NCBI GenBank assembly: GCA_965649765.1
Contig: OZ287753.1
Span: 72,664,001-72,728,000 of the forward strand
Reading direction: 5' to 3'
DNA length: 64,000 nucleotides
From: Bispira polyomma
Taxonomy: Eukaryota
In this document: positions 1-12,150 of the stretch, one piece after another
Numbering within the stretch: the stretch's first letter is position 1
How the letters are laid out: each line of letters opens with the position of its first letter
Made by a program: the position numbers and the translations under genes
The notes under the pieces: generated by a model
Database searches by the model: none
What the model saw: only the letters and a program-made list of their open reading frames with translations
Told to the model about the DNA's origin: nothing

Positions 1-11
1 ACAGACCTGAG

Positions 12-548
12 ATGAGGTTTTATAAGTCCTCTAGGGATACGTTTGCAGCCTCTGCTCCTAAGTGTCAGGAAGCGTTTAAGTCACTTGCCAAATCAGCTAA
101 TCTACCTACAAGTTACTCTATTCCAAGCAAACAGATCCTGTCGATTGAAACCCTGCGAGAGAATGTGCAGGTACTTTCATTTGTATGTCAGTTCATTAGG
201 GCTATGGATAAGTCAATGTTAGATGTGGAGGCTTCTTTGGCTGGTGTGGGAGAAGGACTACCCGATAGCCAGAAATCTGAGATAGATGGAGCTGCTAACA
301 ATTCACAGATAGCACAGACTTGCCTTGGTTCGGTTGATAAGGCTTTAGAGACTATTGTGGATACAAGCACTGCCTTGGCCTGTAGCTTACAGTTGGTCAG
401 GAGAGACAATACTTTGAAGGCCAGTAATCTGCCTATTGGAGATCACCATGCGAATAGCCTAAGAAGGAAGGCTTTCTTCAGTGCAGATCTATTTTCTCCG
501 AACACTCTAAACGATATCGAGAAAAGACTAGCCAAAGATAGGTCTTGA
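12..548 (+). pseudogene. DIRS gag-like ORF, C-terminal part
   Basis: Homologous to 31100-31620 of the second DIRS copy (LRENVQVLS..., ACSLQLVRRD vs ACNLQLARRD); lies directly upstream of RT. Confidence 0.75.
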
Positions 549-749
549 AGTAGCCCAAAGAGACAGAAGTATGAGACCAAGTCAAACTTTAAACAGTTTA
601 ATCAGATCTTCTCTACCCAGCACCAGAATCCACCGGGCCAGAGGCAGTCTTCTTTTCATGGCCAATCGTTTAACACAAAATCTGCTAGTTACCAGTCCTC
701 CCAAGCCAGCCGAGGGGGCAGAGGTAGAAGGAAGTGACAACGACAGAAG

Positions 750-2160
750 ACATGGGGGCTGTTTGCAAGGATTTGGGCAGGTATGGTAAAGGTTAAATTG
801 TCACCCTCGAGTAGTACTGTTCTTAAGATGCGGGTATCGAATTTGCCTAAAACGAGAATCCCGTTGTCTCGGTTTCCTACAATTCTCAGCGGATATATCA
901 ACAAACAAAGAAAAATGGCGCTGAAAAAATGTGTGCAGCAAATGCTTCAAAAAGGGGCTATTGCTCCAGTAGAAATCAGTACAACTCTGGAGTTTTACAG
1001 TGGGTTATTCCTTGTTCTCAAACCAAACAACAAATGGCGTCCAGTGATAGATTTGAGTCTTCTGAACCAGAATTTGTATGTCTCAATGTTCAAAATGGAA
1101 ACAGCAGAGGTTATACGAAATTCATTAAGACAGGGGGAGTGGGTAGCTTTGATAGATCTCACAGACGCTTACTTTCGCTTACATCCCAATTCATCCGAAT
1201 TCTCAAAGGTTTCTATGTTTTAATGTCGAGAACCAGTCTTACCAGTTTCGGGCTCTTCCATTTGGCATAGCAACAGCCCCTCTAGAGTTTACTCGAATTG
1301 TGAAAGAAACAAAGTTGGTGTTACAATCTCGAGGTATCCGAATACATCAGTATATAGACGATTGGCTGATTTGCTCCCCATCGTTGGAGGAGAGTCAGGT
1401 TCAAATCCGTTCTATGGTAACGATAATAGTCGGAAGTTCAGCCAACTCAGCAAATCGATTTCCTTGGTTATCGGTTCGATCTACTCCGAGGTTTAGTATT
1501 TCCAACTCAGAAAAAGTAGAACATACTACAAACTCTGCTACTAGAAGTTCAGAAAGCTCAGATCTTTGCTCCCAGGAAGTTAATGTCCCTGTTAGGTGTT
1601 ATGGGCTGTGTAGAAAAGATAGTTCCTTTTGGGAGACTACACATAAGGCCGTTCCAATGGTATCTAAAAACGCATTGGCGAGTTCCTCAGTCACTAGAGA
1701 TTTTGATTCCTGTGTCAAGCAGGTTAAAAGATCAGACGATTTGGTGGTCGGAACGTCGAAATGTAATGGTAGGCGAAAACTTGCATCTTCTAGAGCACAG
1801 CACCCTACTATTTACAGACGCCTCCAACACAGGTTGGAGAGCACATTTAGGCGATATTGTTCAAAGGGGCTTCTGGTCAGACACAGAAAAAGACTTGCAT
1901 ATCAATGTGTTAGAGCTGAAAGCTGTATTTCTGGCCTTAAAGTCGTTTGTAAAGCATATAGACAACAAACGGGTTTTGATAGCCACCGACAATGCCTTAG
2001 TAGTAGCCTATCTGAACAAGCAAGGGGGAACACACTCTCTAGAAATGTGTCTTCTAGTCTGGAGGATATTTGCTTTTTGCAATCCTCGCAGAATCAGGGT
2101 TTGAACCTGACACATAGCTGAATGTGGTGGCCGACAGTCTCTCCAGGAGGGACAAGGTCA
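750..2160 (+). pseudogene. DIRS reverse transcriptase / RNase H, frameshifted
   Basis: FYSGLFLVLKPNNKWRPVIDLS, FKMET, IDLTDAYF, YQFRALPFG (shifted frame), HQYIDDWLI, LFTDASNTGW, HINVLELKAV, ATDN..VVAYLNKQGGTHS; several frameshifts. Confidence 0.92.
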
Positions 2161-2590
2161 TTCACACAGAGTGGTCACTACATCCACAGATGTTCAATCT
2201 ACTCTGTCAAAAGCTTTATCGACCTCAAAATAGGTCTCTTTACCACAAGTCGAAACCACAAGTTGCCCCTGTATGTGTCTCCAACCAGATGTCCAAGCAC
2301 TAGCAATAGATGCATTGAACATCGCTTGGGGGAGTCTGGACGGCTATGCCTTCTGTCAAGTGGTTCTGATACCAAAACTTGTTCAAAAATGTTAAAGTAT
2401 CATTGCCGAATGTTGGTTCTAGCTCCAGGTTGGCCAGGGATGAGTTGGTTCTGGGATCTAGTAGACCTTTCAGTGAGTCCACCTTACCTAATACCTCAGT
2501 GGCCTCAACTGTTAAAACAACCATTCAGTCAGACATTACATCAGAATCTTCAATTTTTGAACCTTCATGTTTGGTTACTGAACTCGGATC
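2160..2590 (+). pseudogene. DIRS1 Dam-like DNA adenine methyltransferase domain, frameshifted
   Basis: LFTTSRNHKLPLYVSP, DALNIAW..LDGYAF, LVLAPGWPGMSWFWDL, LNLHVWLL between RNase H and YR, where DIRS1 elements carry an MT domain. Confidence 0.75.
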
Positions 2591-2599
2591 TGAAACAAC

Positions 2600-3465
2600 A
2601 CTCAAATTCTCGCAGTCAGTGGAAGACCGATTTAAGGCACCTCAAAGACAGTCCTCAAGACGGGTTTATGAATCAAGGTGCTCCTTATTTGAACAATGGG
2701 CAAATGGGAATAAGATGGACCTCTCAAAACCTTCTATCCCTCAGATAGCAGATTTTGTCGGTTGTGTTGTTAGCCTTAACCAAGCCTCCTTTTGAGCCAT
2801 TAGAGGACACTTCACTTAAGTTATCGACTTTTAAGACAGTTTTTCTGATGGCTTTAGCATTAGGCAAGAGAAGGGGTGAAATTCATTGGACTTTTTCTTC
2901 TCTGAAACATAAACCTGCTTGGTCTGAGGTCACTTTGGGACCTTCACCTGTGTTTATTGCTAAAAAGCAGTTGGCATCTGTAGGATCTGATTCTATCAAA
3001 CCTGTGATTATTCCAGCTTTTTCACCATTCCTGGATGATAATCTCAAGGAAGATTTGTCTTTGTGTCCTGTGAGGGCTTTGAGACATTATGTCAAAAGAA
3101 CTAAGGGATTTAGAAAGACCAAGAAACTCTTATTAATTTCCTTTAGAGAAAGTTTTGAGTCTGATATCAAGAAAGCTACCATTTTTTCTGGGATCAAACA
3201 GACAGTGTTGTTAGGTTACATGCTGGCTGATGAAGAAGTGGCATCTCTCACTCAGGTGAAGGCACATGATTTAAGATCTATGGCAGCATCTCTAGCTTTT
3301 AAAGGAGGGGTTTCTTTAGAACAGATCTTAGGTTCTTGTTACTGGCGTTCACACAATACATTCACCCATTTTTACCTGAAAGATGTAGCATGGCAGGCTA
3401 AGGAGGATTCTGATTTCACTTTAGGTTCTGTGGTGGCTGCACAACATGTTGTCAACCTGTCATAA
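2600..3465 (+). pseudogene. DIRS tyrosine recombinase (YR), with an apparent internal deletion near 2755
   Basis: FKTVFLMALALGKRRGEIH (catalytic R), LCPVRALRHY, AHDLRSMAASLA (HxxR), WRSHNTFTHFYL (W, Y). The N-terminal segment ...SIPQIADF is joined out of frame to SVVLLALTKPPFEP. Confidence 0.92.
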
Positions 3466-3908
3466 TGTAAGATTTTAATACATAAGAATGTTTTTAACAA
3501 GTATTGGAATTTTATTTATGTAGATGATCTAATCCTTCTTTTTCTCTTGTTTCAGCCCCGGAATTGTACACAAAAGAGTAAAGAGAGTGTTGGGCTCGGC
3601 CAGATGTTGGCACTACTTATGATGGATTCATCCTAACCTTTAGTGACAGTGTTTGGCTGACAACTGTAGATACGTTATTTTCATGCACTACTGTAGAGAT
3701 GCACTACATTTAGAGGACCATTCATCATACATATTTTGGAGGTATGTTGTGGCTTCATTATATTTATAGTTGCCTAATCTAGTAGGAGTCTATATATTTT
3801 ACCTTATCCTCAGAACTAACACTCTGCTTTCGACAAAAAATTTCCTTTAAATCCTTAATTGGTTTTGGGTTCCAAAAACAACCCTCCACCTTAATGGTTG
3901 GATTCTAG

Positions 3909-4010
3909 CGTTAGTGAGGATAAGATAGAAAATATTTATCGCAATAAAATGTACAAATTTTATTGTAATTTATCTTTTTGGAAGATAAATACTTACCTTA
4001 TCCTCACTAA
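3909..4010 (+). repeat. DIRS internal complementary region (ICR)
   Basis: 3951-4010 is the near-exact reverse complement of the right terminus 4230-4289. 3911-3950 is complementary to a left-terminus-type sequence such as 30016-30055. Confidence 0.9.
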
Positions 4011-4109
4011 ACCAAATCCCGCCCAGCCAACCCCACTTTTGTTTCTGGAATTCCAACTTTCCAAATGAAAACTAAGGCTTTCTCTTGTTCCGCGTGAGTT
4101 TGGGTACTT

Positions 4110-4294
4110 CCGGGCATGCGCAGTGAGGATTGTCGAGGAAATTTTAAAAATTAAATCTCAAGAATAGTCTTTGTTAAAAAGACTAGGTGATTTTTTGGTT
4201 GTCATTGAGGTAAACTAAATGATTTAACGTTAGTGAGGATAAGGTAAGTATTTATCTTCCAAAAAGATAAATTACAATAAAATTGGTACAATTT
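4110..4294 (+). repeat. DIRS right inverted terminal repeat plus right extension
   Basis: 4115-4243 resembles the reverse complement of the left ITR at 30040-30172 (catgcgcagtgagg...caagaatagtct...gtgattttttggt...ttagtgaggataagg). Confidence 0.88.
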
Positions 4295-4295
4295 G

Positions 4296-4590
4296 TCACC
4301 TTATTTACTTAACCTTGGAGTTCGACCTTGAACCTGTGACCTTGTTTATTAAGCTTGGAACTTGTGACCTTGTTAATTTAACCATGAACTTGTGACCTTG
4401 TTAATTTAACCATGAACTTGTGACCTTGTTTACTTTAACTTACAACTTTGTTTATTTAACCTTGGACTACCTTGTTTTTTAACTGTGAATCTGTAACCGT
4501 GTTATTTAAAACAAATTTTCAGTATACACCAATTACACTGTGATGGTGGGTCTTGTTTTGATTAACCTTATGTTTACTTTTGACCTTGAC
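4296..4590. repeat. Degenerate ~28-bp tandem repeat (gaacttgtgaccttgttaatttaaccat)
   Basis: Repeated tgtgaccttgtt...ttaacc units starting right after the DIRS end. Confidence 0.7.
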
Positions 4591-4654
4591 ATTATAGCCA
4601 AGTCATATGGCTTGTGAATTTTGTGCAATTTTGGTGTGTTTTGTTATTATTGTT

Positions 4655-4891
4655 GGGAGTTTTACCTATCAGTGTTCACCCATGTCCAGGGACAGACACA
4701 CAACCGATTTACGTCATTACTGTCCCTATCCGTAATAGATAGGTCTGAAAGTTTCTTTTATGGACATTGATGGCAATGAAGTAAAATCAATTGTGTTTGC
4801 CATATGTGTGGTTAAATGTATAGTTACTTTCCGTAAATATTACACTGACAAGGACATGGGTATGGTTGAACGCTGACAGGTAAATTCTCGC
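4655..4891. mobile_element. Small MITE-like element with imperfect ~30-bp TIRs
   Basis: Left gagttttacctatcagtgttcacccatgtcc vs reverse complement of right ggacatggg...tgaacgctgacaggtaaattctc. Confidence 0.55.
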
Positions 4892-6140
4892 GTTATACTT
4901 GTTTGCTATATTTTTAATGAGTGAGTCTAGCAAGGCTAGTCTCACTCATTGATAGGATTGTGCAGATTTCATGTTGTGACAGCATTTTCTTGAAATCAGC
5001 CCGAAAATATAACTTGATACTTACAGGTATTGTTTTTTAATTCTGGGGATAATGCAGTCGATTTGTTTTCTTAATAAAAAACTATAATAACGGTTTTAAA
5101 TCACTGACCTAGGTTGACATGAGTTTAACCTATATAGTCACATACTTCACTTTCTAGCCTTGAAAATGGCCCATATTTATAAAAATGACCTACATATGCA
5201 AAATATCAATAGCAATCTATCTGAGAACACCATATATTCTCTTAAAGCAGATAGACAATTATTTGCACCAAATGCATGAATCTTATAAAATTAAAACTAG
5301 TTTGTTTACTTGTACACACTTCTCAACTCTTTTCTGTGAAAACACACAGTACAGCAGATAATTGGCTTTTTATCTCCACTTGTTTGTTTTTCTCCTGGAA
5401 AGCTCTCTCAACTGTGTGAAGACAGCATGGGGGGGGGGGGGGGGGGGGACTTGATATACAGATTTTGTATATGCAGTACAGGTATGCTGTATATTTGTGG
5501 AGGTAAATCTAAACAAATTTTGTGCTTGGTATACTAAGAATAAAAAGTGAAACTGGCTCACTCTTTTCTTAAATAAATTCAAAAGATATACAAATAAAGA
5601 AATAGAATACTGTAAAAGTGAGGTGTAGTTCATAATTTATAAGTATGGAATCTATACTATGTGTACCAATTTTTGTTCTGATGAGGAATTTAGTGAAGAA
5701 AACTTTTAGGAAGTTTTAAAGCCTTATTTTTTGGAACCCCCAAATCCAATCAATTATATCATAACTCTTTCAGTGAAACAACTTCAGAAAGCAGTGAAAA
5801 TGATTACATTCCAGCTGATTTGTGGGAAGTCATAAGGATGTATATTTAGAATTATTGCTTGGGTACACACTTACATTCTTGTAAGTTTTATCACAAAGCT
5901 TTTAGTCTTAGAATAGTTTAGGTCATGTCTAATGCAAAGTTTTAAACACTGGTGATATTAAATGTTATTACATTGTATAAATATATAAAAATGTTTATAA
6001 TGAACCAAAATATCTGTAACTTTATACAAGGTAATCAGCTTCACAATGATAACTTTTATGAGTTATTCACCATTATGATAATTGTTAACAAACAACATTT
6101 TTAAAAACAATAACATAGTTGCTATTTATGAGGTTTTAAT

Positions 6141-6390
6141 TTGAATTTGATTATTTAACGTCCACTCTAGTACCTTTTAGTAGGTTATATTGGGACAGGT
6201 AGCTGGAAATGCTGGAGGAAACACTGCATACAGTCGGTCAAGGTTCTGCAGAGAAACCAGCGGCCCACAGTAAGGAACTACCACCTTTCCCACATAGGCA
6301 TCGGCGGGATTCGAACTCACGCCGCCCAGAGGTGAGAGACCAGTGATTGTGAAGCCCAATGCTTGCTAACCACTAGGCCACCGCGGCCCC
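6141..6390 (-). mobile_element. tRNA-derived SINE, family A
   Basis: A box (tggcctagtgg) and B box (gttcgaatcc) on the - strand; 11-bp TSD gaggttttaat at 6130-6140 and 6391-6401; near-identical copy at 28271-28521. The body resembles, from memory, the Meta/MESC core of molluscan SINEs. Confidence 0.92.
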
Positions 6391-6454
6391 GAGGTTTTAA
6401 TATTTAAATACCACAAATAGCTTTAAATAAAGAATTGAAATATAGCAATTCAGT

Positions 6455-7997
6455 ATTTATGTCCACTCCAGTGGGGGGGTGGACATATTATTTTTGCTTT
6501 TTCCGGCATCCGCCGTCCGTCACGTTTGGTTTCTGTTCATTTGAAGGAAAAGTATTTATCCTATCTTTACCAAATTTGGTATGTATGTTTATGAAAAAAA
6601 TGGAAAAACACAAATTTGCTTCTATCTCCTTAACCGTGCGAGATAGAGCGATTTCGTTGAAATTTTAGACCCACAGGGTATCTTCTCAATGTACTCTTGG
6701 CAATTTTTAAAAAGTTTTCCTCTCCCCATAATGGTGGGCATTTTGATTTTTCGAATTTTTGCCAAAAATGGAATAAAAGAAAAAATTTGTTTCTATCTCC
6801 TTAACCGTGCGAGATAGAGCGATTTCGTCAAAATTTTCAACCCACAGGGTATGTAAGAAATGTACTATAGGCAATTTTGAAAAAAATTTCCTCTCCCTAA
6901 AAATGGCGGCCATTTTGAATTTTCGAATTTTTGCCAAAACTGGAAAAACACAAATTTGCTTCTATCTCCTTAACCGTGCGAGATAGAGCGATTTCGTTGA
7001 AATTTTAGACCCACAGGGTATCTACTCAATGTACTCTTGGCAATTTTTAAAAAGTTTTCCTCTCCCCATAATGGTGGGCATTTTGATTTTTCGAATTTTT
7101 GCCAAAAATGGAATAAAAGAAAAAATTTGTTTCTATCTCCTTAACCGTGCGAGATAGAGCGATTTCGTCAAAATTTTCGACCCACGGGGTATGTAAGAAA
7201 TGTACTATAGGCAATTTTGAAAAAAATTTCCTCTCCCTAAAAATGGCGGCCATTTTGAATTTTCGAATTTTTGCCAAAACTGGAAAAACACAAATTTGCT
7301 TCTATCTCCTTAACCGTGCGAGATAGAGCGATTTCGTTGAAATTTTAGACCCACAGGGTATCTAAGAAGTGTACTCTTGGCAATTTTCAAAAAGTTTTCC
7401 TCTCCCCAAAAATGGCGGCCATTTTGAATTTTTGCCCAAACTGGAAAAACACAAATTTGCTTCTATCTCCTTAACCGTGCGAGATAGAGCGATTTCGTTG
7501 AAATTTTAGACCCACAGGGTATCTACTCAATGTACTCTTGGCAATTTTTAAAAAGTTTTCCTCTCCCCATAATGGTGGGCATTTTGATTTTTCGAATTTT
7601 TGCCAAAAATGGAATAAAAGAAAAAATTTGTTTCTATCTCCTTAACCGTGCGAGATAGAGCGATTTCGTCAAAATTTTCGACCCACGGGGTATGTAAGAA
7701 ATGTACTATAGGCAATTTTGAAAAAAATTTCCTCTCCCTAAAAATGGCGGCCATTTTGAATTTTCGAATTTTTGCCAAAACTGGAAAAACACAAATTTGC
7801 TTCTATCTCCTTAACCGTGCGAGATAGAGCGATTTCGTTGAAATTTTAGACCCACAGGGTATCTAAGAAGTGTACTCTTGGCAATTTTCAAAAAGTTTTC
7901 CTCTCCCCAAAAATGGCGGCCATTTTGAATTTTTGCCAAAACTGGAAAAAACACAAATTTGCTTCTATCTCCTGAACCGTGCTAGATAGAGCAATTT
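6455..7997 (+). mobile_element. Helentron/DINE-like non-autonomous element (HINE) with a central ~170-bp tandem array
   Basis: 5' short inverted repeat atgtccac...gtggacat (6459-6486), ccgtccgtc microsatellite, accaaatttggtatg block, then 8+ monomers of 161-171 bp. Confidence 0.7.
6600..7997. repeat. Satellite-like array with monomer order A-B-A-B-C-A-B-C
   Basis: tctatctcc(t)taaccgtgc recurs at about 6622, 6792, 6961, 7132, 7301, 7462, 7633, 7802, 7964; near-identical ORFs at 6707, 7047 and 7548 give periods of 340 and 501 bp. Confidence 0.92.
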
Positions 7998-8864
7998 GTT
8001 ATTACCCTCACACACTGCCCATCAATTGATTTTTTCTGAGCTTTCAAAGAATTCACGCACAGATTATACAACAAACAATAGCTTTTTCTTGATCTCGCCT
8101 GAGTAGACACACCACATACACCCTTCCTTTGGTGTAAATAAAAAATTAGGAAACTTGTGCACCCTTCTTTTGATACAAATAAAATAACTTAATTTATGCA
8201 CTATTCCTTTTGATTTAAATAAATAGAGTTATGAAACTTATACATAAACCTGAAATAAAAGTGGACCTTAATCAATTGTAAATGTAGTTTATCATTACCT
8301 TACATCAGATTTTTATAAATAATAGTTAAATTATCTGTTGTGAATAAATTTTGCAAAATTGATGGCCAATTGTCCCACCCATCACTTTAGCTGATGGCCA
8401 ATTTTCCTGATGGGATTTTTTGCTGATGGGATTCACTAAATGGCATTTTGTCCCCCTTGCAATTTTGACTGCCGTTTTGTCCCCTCGGTATTTTGTCCGA
8501 CGACATTTTGTCCGTGCAGTTGAAATAATTTACAGGTATACTAATAAATTTTGGAGCATGGTTGATATATTTTACAAACAAAACAGTCCTGTAAGACTAC
8601 TGTGCAATTGTTCCAAAAGGTTCATGGGGTGGACATTACACATGCTAATGTGTGTTCTTCTATGCTATCCTGTTTCTTTTCATATGTTGCAGCTACTCCT
8701 AACAGGGCGTCCTATTTCTAGTTTTAACTTGCATCTTTCTGTTCAAACTGTGCGAGATATGTTTTCATATTTGTAATTATTTCACTATGTCAAATGTTGT
8801 GAAAAACTAAATTTAAGGCCATTAAAGTCATTTTGACAGTTACATATTTAAACAGTTATTTCAT

Positions 8865-9390
8865 CTTAATCGGAAATATTGTGGTGAACTTTGTTACAAG
8901 CAACGGTTTGTTCTGTTGAATTACCATTGATGTCAGTGATAGAGAAATTCAACCACTGTTGGATCTTTTTCTTTGGCTCTTTTATATGTAGGGCATTGCT
9001 GCTGATGTTGGACCATTCCATTAAAATGTTAAACATAATCAAAATTAGCTGACACTTTGACGTCTTGCACATATTAGTTTACCAGATTTAGATCTGGCTT
9101 GAGCTGTCAGAATTCTCATTACAATGTAGGCAAGCTAATAGGATTTGGGATTCATAATAGAGTGAAATAAGTGTATCATCTTTAGGGCAAAATAACAGAG
9201 AACACTATGGTACGCTTTAACTGAAGAGGTTTGACCCAAAATATGACAATTTTCCAATATCTTTCAAAAACACCTTGTTATTGAGCAACCTTTGTAATCA
9301 TTTATGAGCCCTATAGAGCCATTCACTATCCAGTCTTTGTCACTGAGTGGGCCATGAACACAGATTTTCCAGATCTAGAATCATTCTTAC
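8865..9390 (-). pseudogene. Decayed DNA-transposase C-terminal fragment, probably Kolobok-type
   Basis: Frameshifted reading CVHGPLSDKDW...LLNNKVFLKDIGKLS...QTSSVKAYHSVLCYFALK...LLACLHCNEN matches, from memory, the CxHGPL / QTSSLEAFHS / LAALHFNEN motifs of Kolobok-like transposases. Confidence 0.55.
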
Positions 9391-10499
9391 AGTCTCAGAC
9401 AAAGCAGTATACTATTTTTAATTTGTATATATAACTCCACTATAGCTCAATGTAGAGTGATAATACACTAAATTTATGATATTTATACAATAAACTTTAG
9501 TGAAAACTAGCAGTGAACTATTTTGGTATACATGTAACAGGATATGTATCCAGATATATATAGAGAGAGAGAAATAAGAGAGAGAGAAGGAATGGAATTA
9601 AACTACATGTTGTATTGTATTCACCATCATTTATTGTCTATTTTAAAATATGCTAAAATAGTTTTTCTTTCCCATCTGCTATAAGTGCGTGACACGTATA
9701 TGCATTTTCAAAACACCCAATATAAGAGTTTATTTTAGTAAATTATAAAGTTACATCAGACATTTTGGAAGTGACCCCAGCGCCCCTAGCGAGTTCTACC
9801 AAATAATAAAGTTCTACGTTTACAAAATAATTCGCAACGACCAGAAAACGGAAATATCAGCATGTTCCCCTAAGTCTGCTACTTCCTCATTTTATAGTAC
9901 ATACCTGCGGCCAGATCGTTCAAAATTATTATTAACTACATACAGCCTACAAGGGAATCCAAATTTTGCACACGTATGTTAAAGCCCCGTTTCTATATAT
10001 TATTACAATAAAAATGGTTTATTTAATATTATACTGCATTAAATGGTTCTATTTTTCATCAATATTTAACCTTAAATTTTATATAACCAGAAAGCTATTA
10101 TTTTGTGCTTTTCGACAGTCCAAACAGTTTCCAAATCCAATGAATATTATTTGAGCTTTGTGAAGAAATCATTGTAAAAATCTTAAAAGTTTGGTGATAA
10201 ATAGGCATTGATCAAATTCTGATTTCTCTGTAATTACTTAGGCTAAAATTTTAAGATTTATATATCATGAAAGAGCAATTAATACACTTTCTGACCCTTC
10301 AAACTAACTAGCGATTTTTTTTTTAAATTCTGGGGATAATGCAGTCGATTCGTTTTCTTAATAAAAAATCTATAATAACAGTTTAAAAAATCTAGGTTGC
10401 ATTGACATAAAGTTAACTCAGGTTGACCTATATATTCACATATTTATCTTCCATATACATCGTCAGTGCTTCATCTTTGTACAACAAATTCTAAGGCAC

Positions 10500-10940
10500 G
10501 ATAAACCAAAGCATTAATCACAAAATCAAAAATGGTGGACGGATGGTGGTCATAACTAGGAAAGCCAATTAGAATGGTTGCAATGGCTAAGGCGGAAATG
10601 CCTGTTCAAAAAGGTAGGCCTTCAGCTTCCTCCTGAAAGAGGAGAAAGTTTGTGCCAGGTGAACATGATCAGGCAGGCTGTTCCATATGAGGGGGCCATC
10701 ACCGAGCAAAGCAATGATTAAAATGTACTTTGAATTTGTGGATGCGTGGGTCTAAAGTGGGAATAGTAAGATATATTTGATCAGGATAACTGCGCCTAGT
10801 CCTGACTGAGCATGTATATTTGGATAGATAGGGGCTGAAATAGGTGGGTAATCCAGAATTTAGAAATTTGTATAAAATTGTTGCAGTTTTGAAAGCGATA
10901 TTTTATTGGGAGCCAGTGGAGCCTACCTAGGGGTCTTACT
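10500..10940 (-). mobile_element. L2-clade LINE, 3' RT fragment
   Basis: Minus-strand LHWLP, IAFKTATILYKF and PLIWNSLP motifs typical of the L2/CR1 ORF2 C-terminus. Confidence 0.7.
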
Positions 10941-11210
10941 AAACTGTTTTCGAGAATCAATGAACTTACCAGTAAAGCTACAATTTAAAAATTAATATGT
11001 CCATTAAGAGTAATTTATACACTTTCTGAAACTTTTTACAAAATTAAATTCCGTCCCATACTTACCAAGATGTACACATTTTCGCCTAAGTCTGTGACTT
11101 CATCAGCTGATGTACTTACTGTTAGCGAACGAATATGTGATCGATTTATCGGTCACTGATTACTTGTTGTTAATCTGGTGTTTGTTGTGTTTGGTTGGTT
11201 TTTTGAGCAG

Positions 11211-11324
11211 AGTGTAACAATTGTTTTGGAGAGGGTCACACAGCGCAGAATTGTGAGGACCCGCCCTATCAGTGTTATAGGTGTATGAAGACAGGGCACA
11301 GGGAGCAACGGTGTCCTAATAACG
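11211..11324 (+). CDS. Zinc-knuckle/RS protein, first visible exon (knuckles 1-2); upstream exons not found
   Basis: ttttgagcag| acceptor; CNNCFGEGHTAQNC and CYRCMKTGHREQRC; donor g|gtgagt; 114 bp, phase 1-1. Confidence 0.88.
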
Positions 11325-11339
11325 GTGAGTGTAAGACAT

Positions 11340-12150
11340 GTAGACTAACATACAGAGTCATAGACACATACATACAGACAGACAGAGCCATAGACACATA
11401 CATACAGACAGACAGAGCCATAGACACATACAGACAGACAGACAGGGCCATAGACACACATATAGAGACAGAGAGGGTCACAGACACACATACATACAGA
11501 CAGACAGGGTCATAGACACACACATACAGACAGACAGGGTAATAGGAGCAATGGTGTCCTAATAACGGTGAGTGAAAGACAGGGACACTAACATACAGGG
11601 TCATACAAACACATATAGAGACAGAGAGGGTCACAGACACACACGTACAGACAGACAGGGTCATAGACACACATACAGACAGACAGGGTTATAAACACAC
11701 AGATACAGACAGGGTCATAGACACACACATACAGACAGACAGGGTCATAGACACACACACATACAGACAGGGTCATACACACACACATATACAGACAGGG
11801 TCATACACACACACATATACAGACAGGGTCATACACACACATATACAGACAGGGTCATAGACACACACATATACAGACAGGGTCATAGACACACACATAT
11901 ACAGACAGGGTCATAGACACACACATGCAGACAGAGAGGGTCATAGACACACATGCAGACAGACAGGGTCATACACACACACATATACAGACAGGGTTAT
12001 AAACACACACATATACAGACAGGGTCATAGACACACACATGCAGACAGACAGGGTCATAGACACACACATACAGACAGAGAGGGTCATAGACACACATGC
12101 AGTCAGACGGGGTCATAGACACACATACATACAGTCAGACAGGGTCCCAC
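11340..12150. repeat. Intronic CA/GA-rich minisatellite (about 26-30 bp, acagacagggtcatagacacacacat)
   Basis: Many tandem copies visible. Confidence 0.9.

Larger units (their letters stand above)
1..4294 (+). mobile_element. DIRS1-type tyrosine-recombinase retrotransposon, decayed; 5' part lies outside the window
   Basis: Order is gag, RT/RNase H, methyltransferase-like, YR in overlapping frames, then an internal complementary region (3909-4010) and a right ITR with terminal extension (about 4110-4294, ending ...gtacaattt). Confidence 0.93.

Noticed and set aside
6707-7778. Three near-identical 76-aa ORFs
   Set aside because: Satellite monomers, not a gene family.
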